Of a DNA stretch of 64,000 nt, positions 13,235-24,698 are shown piece after piece. Both the position numbers and the translations under genes were made by a program. This DNA is from Leucoraja ocellata. Lineage: Eukaryota. Numbering within the stretch: the stretch's first letter is position 1; every line of letters begins with the position of its first letter. The notes beneath the pieces were generated by a model that saw nothing but the letters and a program-made list of their open reading frames with translations, was not told where the DNA came from and did no database searches. The stretch is taken from assembly GCA_036785375.1 (NCBI GenBank), contig JAWMAR010000135.1, positions 2,046,001 through 2,110,000 of the forward strand, given 5' to 3'.

Positions 13235-13325
13235 AGATAGACATAAAATGCTGGAGTAACTCAGCAGGCCATGCAGCATCCCTGGAGAGAAGGAGTCGGT
13301 GACGTTTCGGGTCGAGCCCCTTCCT
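13235..13325 (-). mobile_element. Solo PLE terminal-repeat fragment (hammerhead core degenerate)
   Basis: AGATAGACATAAAATGCTGGAGTAACTCAGCAGG...GACGTTTCGGGTCGAGCCCC. Confidence 0.75.
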
Positions 13326-14842
13326 CATATTAAATATAGCTATAAAAAAAAATTGGCATGCATGTTAGGAAAGCCATTTAATAGCTCTCATCCTAGTACA
13401 CAAATTGATTCAAACTCTCGTGTCTCTGGAGGAACAACATACCGCTGGGACCCAAATTAAATGTAATGTCCAAAATGGTACGTTTACACAGGGGAATCTG
13501 TAGAGATCGCTAGGAGCCAAACGCTAGTGATTATTATGCCAACCACAGCAGGAGTTCATCTGAAATACAAATTAGGCAAAAAAATATGGTAACATTATAG
13601 CCTTCAGCTATAATTGGCTTGTGAGTGATTTGAAGTTATTTCTACAAGATAATTAATGTAATTTAAAATCATCAAAATGACTAGGAAATCTTTTCTTCAA
13701 CTGACAAAATAGTTAACAGTCAACTGTCCTACAGTTGAGCTCGGGTAAGTGCAATCTTGAGTATTTGTGAGACATCATTTGACCTGCAAAGCAAATGAAC
13801 TATGAAGTTACTCCCTGGAGCTTGTTGCAGGAGATATCCCTGTTGGCTCCACACACCGAAGCTGTTCTTCCAGAAAGCTCCCAGTGAAACACCATCAAGA
13901 TTATTTTGTTACAATAATCTTGCAGAGATTGGATTTTTTGATCAAAATGATTTTTAGGCTTCAAAAAGTCCTTTCCTACGACTTTTCATTTTATTAATAA
14001 AAAAGTTGATCGTGAGGAAACGGCATCTGACACAAACACCTGAGTTGAGCCCACACACAAGATTATCAACAAATTAGTATCAAACAGTTTGGAGGAAGAA
14101 AGTAAATGCAAAAAGCTGCCCTTCTAGGACCTGACATCAAACCTGGACCGACAAAACATGAGGCTTTGAAGTGATGCCACCCATGATAAATCCACATGGC
14201 CATCCGAGTTAGGTGCTGGAATATTGCTAGTGATCATGCTTAACTAATGGGTGGTACATGGAGAGTGTAAACCTGAAGAAGGCAGCAGATTAAAAACAAA
14301 CGCATGCACACACACCACTGACAAGATCATAGTCGTGAATAATCTTATCATCGTCATTGTTTACATCCCCCACTGGCCTTCACATGACATCAGTTTAGCA
14401 GTGTTAAATTCAAAATCGAGGCTGAAATCTGAAATAAAAAGTGATAATGCTGGAAATAGTCAGCAAAACAGACAGCAAAAGTGGCGAGCGAGAGAGAAAG
14501 TTAACTATTGAAGTTAGTGAAGGGACCATTCCTGATGGCATCTGAATGAACGCTTACTTATATGAAACATTAATGCTGTCTCTCTCTGCACTGAGTATAT
14601 CCAGTATTTTCTGTTTCTATTTAGTAATTAGCAATCTAGAGACCTGGAGTAAAGTTCCATAGTCATAAGTACAAGTTCTGATCACCCCATTGCAAGAAGG
14701 ATTTGGAGGCTTTGGAAAGGGGGCAGAGGGATTTTACCAGAATGTTGCCTGGATTAGGGAATATTAGCTACAGGGACAGGACGGACAGACTTGGATTGTT
14801 TCATCTGGAGTGCTGGAGGTTGCAGGGAGACCTGATAGAAGT

Positions 14843-15067
14843 NNNNNNNNNNNNNNNNNNNNNNNNNNNNNNNNNNNNNNNNNNNNNNNNNNNNNNNNNN
14901 NNNNNNNNNNNNNNNNNNNNNNNNNNNNNNNNNNNNNNNNNNNNNNNNNNNNNNNNNNNNNNNNNNNNNNNNNNNNNNNNNNNNNNNNNNNNNNNNNNNN
15001 NNNNNNNNNNNNNNNNNNNNNNNNNNNNNNNNNNNNNNNNNNNNNNNNNNNNNNNNNNNNNNNNNNN
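14843..15067. other. Assembly gap (225 N)
   Basis: Run of N. Confidence 1.
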
Positions 15068-15431
15068 AGAAATCTGAACGAAATTGCAGCAGTCAACATA
15101 TAATACAATACAATAAAACAACAATAAACACACATTAACATCCACCACAGTGAGTCCACCCAGCATCTCCTCACTGTGATGGAGGCAAAAGTCTTAGGTC
15201 GCAGTCTCTTCCCTCCTCTTCTCCCTCTGCGCTGGGGTGATGCCCCCCCCCCCCCCCGGGCGATGTTAAGAACAGTCCCGCGGCTCAACACCGCGGCCCG
15301 GGGTGGTTGAAGCTGCCGCCCACCAGTTCTGCAGAAGCAGCTGCTGGCCCGCGGCTGAAACCCGGACTCAGGCCACCGCCGCCAGAACACCGTCCCAGCC
15401 ACCCTCACGTGAGTATTGTGCCGTCTTCAGC

Positions 15432-15537
15432 CTCGGACCGGGCCGCCCCGACATGGGCGTCGCTTCTCCCCCCGGACCGGGCCGCCCCGACTTGGGCGCC
15501 GAACCTCCCCCCGGACCGGGCCGCCCCGACTTGGGCG
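15432..15537. repeat. GC-rich minisatellite, ~39-bp unit x ~2.7 (cggaccgggccgccccgac[a/t]tgggcg...)
   Basis: Three direct copies visible. Confidence 0.85.
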
Positions 15538-15930
15538 ACTTAGAGCAATTATGACGGTCAGATCCTTTTTTCCAGGATGGAAAATTCAAATGTTAGAGGA
15601 CACAGCTTTAAGGTGAGGGGCATCAAAATGTACAGATGTGTGGGGCGACTGTTTTTTACCAAGGGCACTGAGGTACATATGTTAGTGGCTCTTGAGGCTT
15701 TTGGAAAAGCAAATGGATATGGAGGGTTAGTGGCTCTTGAGGCTTTTGGAAAAGCAAATGGATATGGAGGGATGTGCTCAGGTAGATAAGAGATGGTCTT
15801 GGCCTCATGTTTGGCACAGACATTATGGGTTGAAGGGCCTGTGTTTTTGCTGGACTGTTCTATGTTCAAAGTATCAATTCCAGCTGAGGATTTTAAATTC
15901 CATGAGACAATCAGGAATTTGTTTAAAAAT

Positions 15931-16119
15931 GTGTAGGAAGGAACTGCAGATGCTGGTTTAAACTGATGATAGACACAAAAAGCTGGAGTAACTCAGCAGG
16001 ACAGGCAGCATCTCTGGAGAGAATGAATGGTTGACGTTTCTCGAGACGAAACATCACCCATTCCTTCTCTCCAGAGATGCTGCCTGTCCCGCTGAGTTAC
16101 TCCAGTTTTTTGTGTCTAT
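15931..16119. mobile_element. Fold-back (inverted) PLE terminal-repeat element
   Basis: Inverted arms 15969-16040 / 16048-16119; 14-bp TSD atttgtttaaaaat (15917-15930, 16120-16133). Confidence 0.88.
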
Positions 16120-18089
16120 ATTTGTTTAAAAATAACTTGTATTAACAATGTTAAGCATTAAACATGAGATTGCAATAAACACCCGTCTAATTGACTGATG
16201 TCTTTCAGAGAATGATCTCTGGAAATCCGCTGTCCTCAGTTGATTTGGCCTATGCTCAATTCCAGGCCCAGAGCATGCAGTTGTTGAATGCCTCGGAAAT
16301 GGACTAGCAAGCCCATTTGCTATGGACTGATGTCTACTTCTGCTTAGACACTTTCGGGGAATTTGGCATGGGTATTTAGTGCTGTCCTTGCCAGCAATGT
16401 TCTCCTCCCATGAGAGGAATAAAATAATTTTTATAGGGCTTCTTCGATTTATCAGAAATTAGCTTAGGAATTGCAATTAACCTAGAAATTCATTAATTCC
16501 TCGAGCATTTAATGAGATTATGCAAATAATTTAATACCTTGAACACAATTAAATACATACAAACCTATCACCTTTTCCTTGCGAAATTAAATTCTATAAT
16601 TTTGGTTCATAAGAATCTCTTATCATTTGTAAATAAACATACTGTAAATTATTTAAATAGGATTATCCTTGATCAGAATCTCATTCCTAATGTTTCTGCA
16701 ATTACCTTGCATGGTGTTAAGCCTTGCGTTATGTATTGCAAACTGAAGCTGTGCCCCGATAACATCAGCGTTTATAAATGACTATATTTAAAATAATGCA
16801 GCGACTGAGTTAGTCACGAGAATTTGCCCAAGGGAAGTTTGTCCTATTTGTAACTGAAGAACAATGACCAACTTATTTCCAATGGTAAAAAAATACCAGC
16901 ATTATGTAGTCTAAATATTGCAAGCACTAACATTGCATAACCATTGCAAAAGTTTGAAGTGCTGAGCTTGAGATGTAGTGTGGGCATGCTGGTGTCAGCA
17001 TTGAAGAGGCCTGATAGGTAAATGGAGAGAGCCAGTAATCTTTATCTTCCCCAGTTATACTAGCAAAAGAGTCTGGTTATTAATATAACCAAAATTGCTG
17101 TCCGACCAGGTTTTATGTACTGCGCTCAAAACATCTACAAGGAATCTTTATAATACTGGCTGTAGTCTTAAAAGCTTGTGCTGCAGCACCAGAAAGCTAA
17201 TGTACAACGGCCTGTTCGTTAATTGTGCAATAAGAAAGAAATTGCCGTATCATAAACAATACATTGCCAGGCTCATGTGGGTTTACGATGTGGATGAGTT
17301 ACTTCAATTTTCATTAACATCCAAGGCTTCAGCACTACTGAAATGCAATGCCATTTTCTTTATTCCACATGAGAGAACTTTGATGTAGTTCTCTACCTAC
17401 TGACACCAGGCAGGCCAACCAGAAGCCTTGCCTGTGGGAAAACCAATGTCCGATCCATAAACTAATGTTACATTTATAATTGGGTTTGTGAAGACAATAT
17501 TTAAGTTGAAGTCAAGACATTCTGACGATGAGAATGTTGCATTTCAAAGAATTCCAGAGATCACTCAGTCATTGTTGAAGACTGAGATTGATATGTTTTT
17601 GAAAACCAGGGGAATTTAGGAAAATGGGTAAGAATAAAGATACAATCTAATAAGGAAATAGAATGAAATGACATGTTGCCTGCTCCTGTTTCTTACACTT
17701 GCTTGCATTTCGTATGTTCCAGTTTGGCAATAAAACCTCAAAGTCATTTTACTATTTGTAATGAACTTTGCAGAAGTGTAAAGAAACATTGTCACTTTCT
17801 CAGCAAAGGAAATATTATCCTCTTTCACAGCTTGAATGTGAGATTAGCCCTGTTTAAGGTGCTTTTAAGCCTATCCTTTGTTGGGAATGTTCAAGAACTA
17901 CATGTCAGAGCCAACTTAGGTCATTCGGGAATGAAATGAAACTGCATTTTATCACTGAAGGCAATTGAAATCTGGGATTTGCCATGTGGAAATCTGCAGA
18001 TTTGGGAGTAATCAGAACTCTTAAGATTGAGAAAAGTATTTTGTTAGGTGAGATAACCAAGGAAATGAAAAAAAGGCATGTAAAATGAT

Positions 18090-18208
18090 GTGTAGGAAGG
18101 AACTGCAGGTTTAAACCGAAGATAGACACAAAAAGCTGGAGTAACTCAGCGGGTCAGGCAGCATCCTTTTGGAAGGATCCTTTTCTCTAGGGATGCTGCC
18201 TGGCCCTA
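18090..18208. mobile_element. Partial fold-back PLE terminal-repeat element
   Basis: GTGTAGGAAGGAACTGCAG...GGCAGCATCC / GGATGCTGCC; TSD catgtaaaatgat(gt) at 18077 and 18209. Confidence 0.8.
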
Positions 18209-18432
18209 CATGTAAAATGATGTTGAATTGCAGAAGAGCCTGGATATAACCCAATGGCAGAGCGAGCTTGAGGAGCAACGGTCAACAACTATTGCTAATG
18301 CTAATGCCCCTGAGCCATAAAGCCTTGGTACATGGTCTTTATCTACATTATGTATTGACGAGTTGTGTTAATTTTGCCAGGTAGAATGATCCAGATTCAA
18401 AGACTAATTATATTTTTAAATGTCTCCCCCAG

Positions 18433-18507
18433 GATATTGTGGATACTCATCCGGGGCTCACGTTTTTGAAGGATGCACCAGAATTCCATTCACGATACAT
18501 TACCACG
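18433..18507 (+). CDS. PPP2R3A: PPP2R3A coding exon (DIVDTHPGLTFLKDAPEFHSRYITT)
   Basis: ctcccccag acceptor, gtaata donor; 75 nt; conserved B'' motif HPGLxFL..EFHSRYITT. Confidence 0.96.
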
Positions 18508-19817
18508 GTAATATCAGGTTGGAAATGCTGCACTTGCAAATCACGGGTTTCACAATGGGTGTCCCAAAGGAAGTCCCTGAGGAAATTCCTCCGGGAATCT
18601 GAAGTTCCTGGGGGAATGTCGGGGGGGAATCTGGATCCCCAAGGTCACTGGACACCTCACTCTGATGAATGTTTACTGTTTATGATTTTTTTTTAAATTA
18701 CCATCTGTCAAATATCAATAATTTTCTGCAGTGACAACACGTCATCTCCCTCAACTTCTTCATCTCCCTCAACTTTGGCTATTGGACATTGTTCCCAAAG
18801 TGTGTGGTGACATTTGCAAAGGGTTATTCCATACAGAGAGGTTTGAGAACTAATATATTAGAATCTACCTTCTGAAACAATTAGTATTGTGATATTCCTG
18901 CATTCTGAAGTGTCATTATATTGCTGCCACTTCAAAATATCACTGGCAACTGGTGGTCTGGCACCTCCTTTAATCCTGTCAAAATTACGAGAGCGTACTT
19001 GAAATCTTCTCCCCCCCCCACCCCGGAAGTCCCCCTGAAAATGTAGCTAGAGAAAAATGAAAAAAATGAAACCATATAAAGTTTCTCATCTCACCTGTTG
19101 TGCTGCAGATACATTTTATTATTGCCATGACCAAAACAAATTTACCATTGGGAAAGGACCCATTCTGGATATCCCATGATCTGATAATCTCTTCTATTTG
19201 TGGTCTCCATTGTGGTCAAAACCGCTGCTTTATCCACTTCTTCTTCTCCCTCAACTGCTGTGCATGTTTCTCAGCAGCTGGTGTCCAGAAATGAAATCCC
19301 CTTCAGTGATTGGAGAAGGAAAGGATTTTGAGATCCTGGTGTAAGAAAAATAGTCCGGTTTGTGTGATTACCTCACAAAAAAAAAGCAAAGGGTTAACAA
19401 CAGCAGCCACTTCTGTGTGCATGAGTAAGTGCGAAGGATTTCAAAGTCCTCATGTCATGGAAAGAGTGAGTGCTCAAAGGTAACCTCTATCATAGGACTC
19501 TCTATATTAGGTTGGTAGCTTATCATTGGTTTTCTTGATGCGTGAATAATGTTAATCCTTTGGTTTATTAACAAGTCATAGTGAAGTGATTTAAAATAGA
19601 ATGCTAATTTCTCCTTGGCGATTAGACACATTGACTGATCACCAAGGAGATTGAGGTTGGCAAGACCCTACAGTCATTGTTATTGGATGGCTGTCTAAAC
19701 TGCAGCATGGAACTGCTGTCTGTTTGCCCTTCTCTCCTGGGAATCAGCGCAGTTTGATTTCTGCAGGGCTCTACCGCTGAGGGTTATTTATGGTTTGTTT
19801 ATTTTCTTTCACCGTAG

Positions 19818-19904
19818 GTTATACAAAGAATATTCTACACAGTCAACAGATCCTGGTCTGGCAAGATAACACTGACGGAACTGAGGAAGAGCAACTTCCT
19901 GCAA
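19818..19904 (+). CDS. PPP2R3A: PPP2R3A coding exon (VIQRIFYTVNRSWSGKITLTELRKSNFLQ), EF-hand 1 region
   Basis: ttcaccgtag acceptor, gtacgt donor; 87 nt. Confidence 0.96.
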
Positions 19905-20037
19905 GTACGTAAAGGTCCAGATTTTTTACAATTTGTCAGACAGAGCAGTATGTTATCAGCAACACGGCTGAGAACTTAAAATCATAATTAAAAAATGGGC
20001 AAGTCTGCTTATATTGTCACAGCAGTTCTTCCATTTT

Positions 20038-20360
20038 GGGCGGCACATTGGTGCAGCTGTAGAGTTGCTGCCTTAACGCGCTTGCAACGCCAGAGACCCC
20101 GGTTCGATCCCGACTACGGGTGCTCTCTGTCTGGAGTTTGTACGTTCTTCCCATGACTGGGTGGGTTTTCTCCAAGATCTTCAGTTTCCTTCCACACTCA
20201 AAAGACTTACAGGTTTGTAGGTTAATTGGCTTGGTATATATATAAATTGTCCCTAGTGTGTGTAGGATAGTGTTAATGTGCAGGGATCACTGGTCGGCAC
20301 GGACTCGGTGAGCCGACGAGCCTGTTTCCGCGCTGTATCCCTAAAACCTAAAAACTAAAA
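20038..20360 (+). mobile_element. Near full-length tRNA-derived V-SINE (HE1-like)
   Basis: A-box-like TGGTGCAGCTGTAG, B-box GGTTCGATCCC, V-domain, CR1-like tail ending in CTAAAA repeats. Confidence 0.88.
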
Positions 20361-20392
20361 CACTGGATACCTCCAACAAGCTTAGCAAGTTG

Positions 20393-20520
20393 TAGAAACA
20401 CGGAACTGCAGATGCTGGTTCACACAAGAGGATATAATTGCTGGAGCAACTCGACAAATCAGGCAACATCTCTGGGGAACATGGACAAGGGACATTTCTG
20501 GTTAAGGACCCTTCTTCAAA
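20393..20520 (-). mobile_element. Diverged solo PLE terminal repeat
   Basis: GGAACTGCAGATGCTGG...GCTGGAGCAACTC...GACCCTTCTTCA. Confidence 0.7.
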
Positions 20521-21571
20521 CTTAGCACATTGCTTCAATTCACCAAGAAGAGGCCGTTTACCATCTCAGCCGCCCAATTTGAACACTTGCATATCTACCT
20601 TCACAACAAGTGGATAAATAAAGGGAAATATTCAGTACTTCGAATGGTAAACTCATTCAGGAACGTTTTATAGCATATCCAAGTTTGCTTTACTGAGATA
20701 AGTGATTCCTATAGCATATAGGCTGCTATGCACCATGTATCTAACATGTTCCTTTGATCTTTGGCACTCTTCATAAATAGGTAATGAGGATCTTTTTTTT
20801 GTTAATTTGCACAGCTGAAAATGTTATCTGGTATTGTGTTTATTCTAACAGATATCTTTGTTGTCTGTGTGAGAATTGAATTATCATTTGAAGATTTTGA
20901 TGTTAACTAATAACTCAAATTTTATTTGAAAGCATGTTGGCCCAAGTTTTGTAGTTTTCCCTTTGACATATGCCTGCGTTCATTTAGATGTTAAATGATG
21001 TTGTCCCTAAAGTAGTTAGTAATGTGAGCAAAGTGGTAGGGGGAGCTAGACAGGGCAAGTAGGGCCTGGGTGGGCTGAACATCCAGCACTTTCTCACTGT
21101 GAGCGCATGGATTACACCTGGGTACTCTCATTTTCTCCCACATTCCCAAAATGTGCCAGTTGGGTGGGTGAATTGGTCAGTATAAATTACACCGTACACA
21201 TGGGTGGTAGGAGAACAAGGGAGGAGTTGCTGGGCATGTGAGAGAATAGATTACCAACAAATAAGTAATGGCATGGATTGATTGGATTATCATTTGAAGA
21301 GCAGGCTGAATGATCTCCCTGGATCTAGTGGGTTGCATCGTTTTCAATGTTGTATGAAATAAAGGGTAATTGTAATTGGGAATAGCATTTACTTTCTGTA
21401 ATTGGTATCTACATTTTAGGAGCATCAACGTCTCAATTATAAGCGGAGGCTGGCTTATAATCATGTCATTTTTAAAAGCTACAAACCAAAGGAAGAAACG
21501 TTGTCCTGGACCGCATTATAGTTGTGGAGTGATTATCCAGCTAAACCCAACCAGATCTGCCTTGCCATTAA

Positions 21572-21867
21572 CTTACTTACTTACTGTATATTATTGCCTC
21601 CTGGCATGTAGGGCAACAATGGAGGTCCTCCACTCCTGTTGATTCCCTCAGTTGCTGTTTCCGTACATATTTGCTTTCCGAGACAGGATTGTTAGCCCTG
21701 TGCTCAACATCCAACCTGGAGGACCAGTGGATCGCTCTTCGTCTCACCTCTACCCTTCGACCTGTCCAGCATGGGAGACCCTAACAGGAGACGAATCTCC
21801 CGCTGGCATAGCTCTAGGGGTCACTGAGACACACAAGTTCCCCGACCACGACAAGGTTGCAATCCAA
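21572..21867 (-). mobile_element. Short bipartite RTE-derived non-autonomous element (RTE 5' region + 3' tail with (GTAA)n)
   Basis: Minus strand CCTTGTCGTGGTCGGGG...GAGCTATGCC...TAGGGTCTCCCATG...CAGGTC...GGTCCTCCAGGTTGG resembles RTE/Rex3/BovB 5' ends; tail GTAAGTAAGTAAG; TSD ccttgcca[t/c]taa at 21560-21571 and 21868-21879. Confidence 0.75.
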
Positions 21868-22721
21868 CCTTGCCACTAAGGGAGATGATATTTCGTCCAG
21901 TCCTGACCTCTACTCGGAACCACTGCATTATTCCCACCATCACGTTTGCCTGCTCTTACATTTCTCTGGAGCTCTAGTACTTCCTGCCACAGCTGATCCA
22001 TGAAGTAGAGCAGACCCTGAGGTCCTGCCCATAGACTGCCAATAGCCCTTCAACAAGTTGTCTTTTTACGACGGGAGATGCATAAAAAACAGCTCCAAGA
22101 CATATAAAATAATTAAAGATAATTTAAAATGTTGTTAAAAAGATTAAAAATTATAACTGAAAGATGGAGAAAAGGTGAGAGTGTGAAGATGAATTAGAGT
22201 GGGCAACTTCAATTTCAGATCTAATATAAAAAGAGGAAGCTAAAAGTCTGGATTGAGGAAGGGAAACTGGGCAGAAAAATAATTAAGAATGAAAGTGATG
22301 TAAACCTATCAATAAAAAACATTAATCTTAAGAGGAAATGAAGAAAATATCCAAGAATATTTGGCTGCACTTACCTTTACAAAGAAGCTGGATGGTGCCA
22401 TTCACGTGCCGTGCATCTGGCTTCATGGCTCAGCATGTTGGGATTGCACCCCACAGGTGGGCCCAGTGATGAAATGGAAGTCAGGGCATTGAATTCAAGC
22501 TCATCTCTGGCTTCCATGTACAAATGCTCAGGTGTGGACATCAGAGATTACTTGCCTTACAAAGAGCTTCTTGTTGGTGAATCTTTATCAGCAGAAGGTT
22601 GGGGCCTTTGTTACCTTTTCCATGCTTTTACTGATGAAACCCAGAGTGCAATGATGCAAGAGAATCAATTTATTACCACCAATGTTCCTGCTATTTAATA
22701 ACATTTGCCTTTTGCCTTTAG

Positions 22722-22878
22722 ACTCTCGCCCTCCTGGAGGAAGAGGATGACATCAACCAAATTACAGACTACTTCTCTTATGAGCATTTCTATGTTATTT
22801 ACTGTAAATTCTGGGAACTTGACACTGACCATGACCTCTTTGTTGACCAGAAGGACTTGGCCAGACACAATGACCATG
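22722..22878 (+). CDS. PPP2R3A: PPP2R3A coding exon ([52 protein letters not shown])
   Basis: cctttag acceptor, gtaagt donor; 157 nt; hallmark [21 protein letters not shown]. Confidence 0.97.
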
Positions 22879-23039
22879 GTAAGTAATTCTGTAACTGGCA
22901 TAGCAATGCGTCTTAAATGTTATCTAATAATATTTGTGTAACACTGGTTCAAGAAGTGGTGCATTCTCTATTTGATTGCCAATTTTGAAACTCATTTTTT
23001 CTTCTGGATCTGGTGATAATGAGTCTTGCTCAATGAGTT

Positions 23040-23165
23040 TTCTTCTTTCTCTCCCTTTCCCTCTCTCCTCTCCCTCTCTCTTTAGCGTTTTCTCTTTCTT
23101 TTTTTCCCTCTCTCTTTCTGTCTCTCACTTTCTCTCTCCTCTTTCTCTCTCACTCACACACAGAC
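23040..23165. repeat. CT-rich low-complexity tract
   Basis: Degenerate (CT)n followed by (CA)n. Confidence 0.85.
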
Positions 23166-24029
23166 ACTGCAACTGCTCATCAGAACTAGCACAAACAGTT
23201 TGTGTTCGCCTCGTGGGAGTAATCAAAACTTCTTCAATAGCATTTATTATATATTAAGCAGCATATTAGACAGTTATTAGTTGTAACATGTGGGGCTTTT
23301 GCTTTAAGTTTGAGTTACAGAAATAGTTACTCCAATTTTAACCCATGGCATGCTTGAGCCGGAAGAGATCAGCATCAATTTTCTCCTAACTCACTTTTAC
23401 TGAGATGTTATACGTGAAGTGGATTATTTAAGTAGTCCAGGCTTCATACCCGGTCTGTACCTGGTATCAGATCCTTGAACAAATGGGATTGAATGACTAT
23501 CAATTCCTTCTCACCAGAGATGCTGCCTGTCCCGCTGAGTTCCTCCAGCATTTTGTGTCTATCTTTGAATGGATATCCAGCAGGCAGGATGGAGACTAAT
23601 AGCGATTGCAGTCAGGAAAGGGGAATAGGAGGGTGTAGAAGGATGATTGGAATTTACTTTTGAGAGTCAGGGGGAGGGGGAGGGATTTTAAGGTTCATTT
23701 CTGATAACGCAAACTCACAAGGAAACTAAGAGTTGAAATAAGCTGGTCTTTGCAAGCCTAAAACCTTGATTTAGGGTTCCTTCCCTGTGGAGCAGCCTTC
23801 CCTGGCAAGCCCCACCCACATCTGCAATACAATCTTGGGAGAAAGTTGGAACAAAATCAGGATGGTTCGGATCATTGTCTTAGATTCAATTTTTTGAATC
23901 ACACTGTTATTGTTAGTGGTGAAGTTATATTAAGCACGGGTCCCTTGCACGATTAGCATACTTGGTCTGAGTGAAATGGGTTCATGTGCTAAATGGCCTT
24001 TGCTCTGTCTTATTTGTAAGTCTCAGGTA

Positions 24030-24320
24030 ATATCATAGAACACAGAACAGGAACAGCACAGGAACAGGCCCTACAGCCCACAATATCTGCTGAACATGAT
24101 GATAATTCAAACTAATCACTTTTGCCCACATGTGATTTATATTGCTCCATTCTCTGCATATCATTGTGCCCATCTAAAAGCCTCTTCACAGCTTCTATTT
24201 TTCTACCACCACCCCTGACAGTATGTTCCAGCCACCCACCACTCTCTATGTACAACGACTTGCACCTCCTTAAGGCTATGCCCTCCAAGAAAATCTTTGA
24301 CATTTTCACCCTATGATAAA
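24030..24320 (-). mobile_element. CR1-type LINE 3' end fragment
   Basis: ATAGAACACAGAAC..CAGCACAGGAACAGGCCC is the reverse complement of the CR1/HER1 tail. Confidence 0.65.
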
Positions 24321-24462
24321 AAAGTGTATCGTATCTTTGCCCTGTCATGAGAATAGGTGTGTGAAAAGCAAGGCTACAGCTTGTTGCATTGGTAGAAAAC
24401 GTCTTTATGTATTGAGCACCACATTCCAAAATGAGTAAAACAGAATAATAGCGAAGGAATAA

Positions 24463-24698
24463 AGGTCCTGTCCCACTTGGCTTTTTTTTTGGCGACTGCC
24501 GGTGTCATTGACTGATGTATCAGGGTCGCCGAAAGATTTTGAACATTTCAAAATCCAGTGGCGACAAAAAAAATGTTGCGACACTTGAAAAAACACCGCT
24601 CGTTAATACGTCATCACGCTGCGACTTTTTCGGTGACCTGATACGTCAGTCAATGATGCCGGCAGTCACCAAAAAAATCGCCAAGTTGGACAGGTCCT
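24463..24698. mobile_element. MITE, PIF/Harbinger-type
   Basis: ~70-bp imperfect TIRs aggtcctgtcccacttggc.../...gccaagttggacaggtcct; TAA TSD on both sides (24460-24462, 24699-24701). Confidence 0.85.

Larger units (their letters stand above)
14640..15870 (+). mobile_element. CR1 3' portion (14640-14842, 15550-15870) split by the gap and a GC-rich insertion
   Basis: EALERGQRDFTRMLPGL...RLGLFHLECWRLQGDLIE and NVRGHSFKVRG; GGGTTGAAGGGCCTGT tail; ~45-bp tandem duplication at 15681-15770. Confidence 0.75.

Noticed and set aside
14703-15408. ORFs of 97-214 aa spanning the N run
   Set aside because: Artefacts of the assembly gap plus CR1 remnants
15432-15537. Regularly spaced ~27-bp repeats resembling a CRISPR array
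   Set aside because: Eukaryotic context, only three units, ~12-nt similar spacers, no cas genes; it is a minisatellite
18530-18660. GC-rich segment with short TTCC...GGAA palindromes after a PPP2R3A exon
   Set aside because: No TIR/TSD or clear motif spacing; probably a decayed repeat, cannot be supported
20038-20125. tRNA gene (A and B boxes present)
   Set aside because: Continues directly into V-domain and LINE-like tail; it is a SINE head
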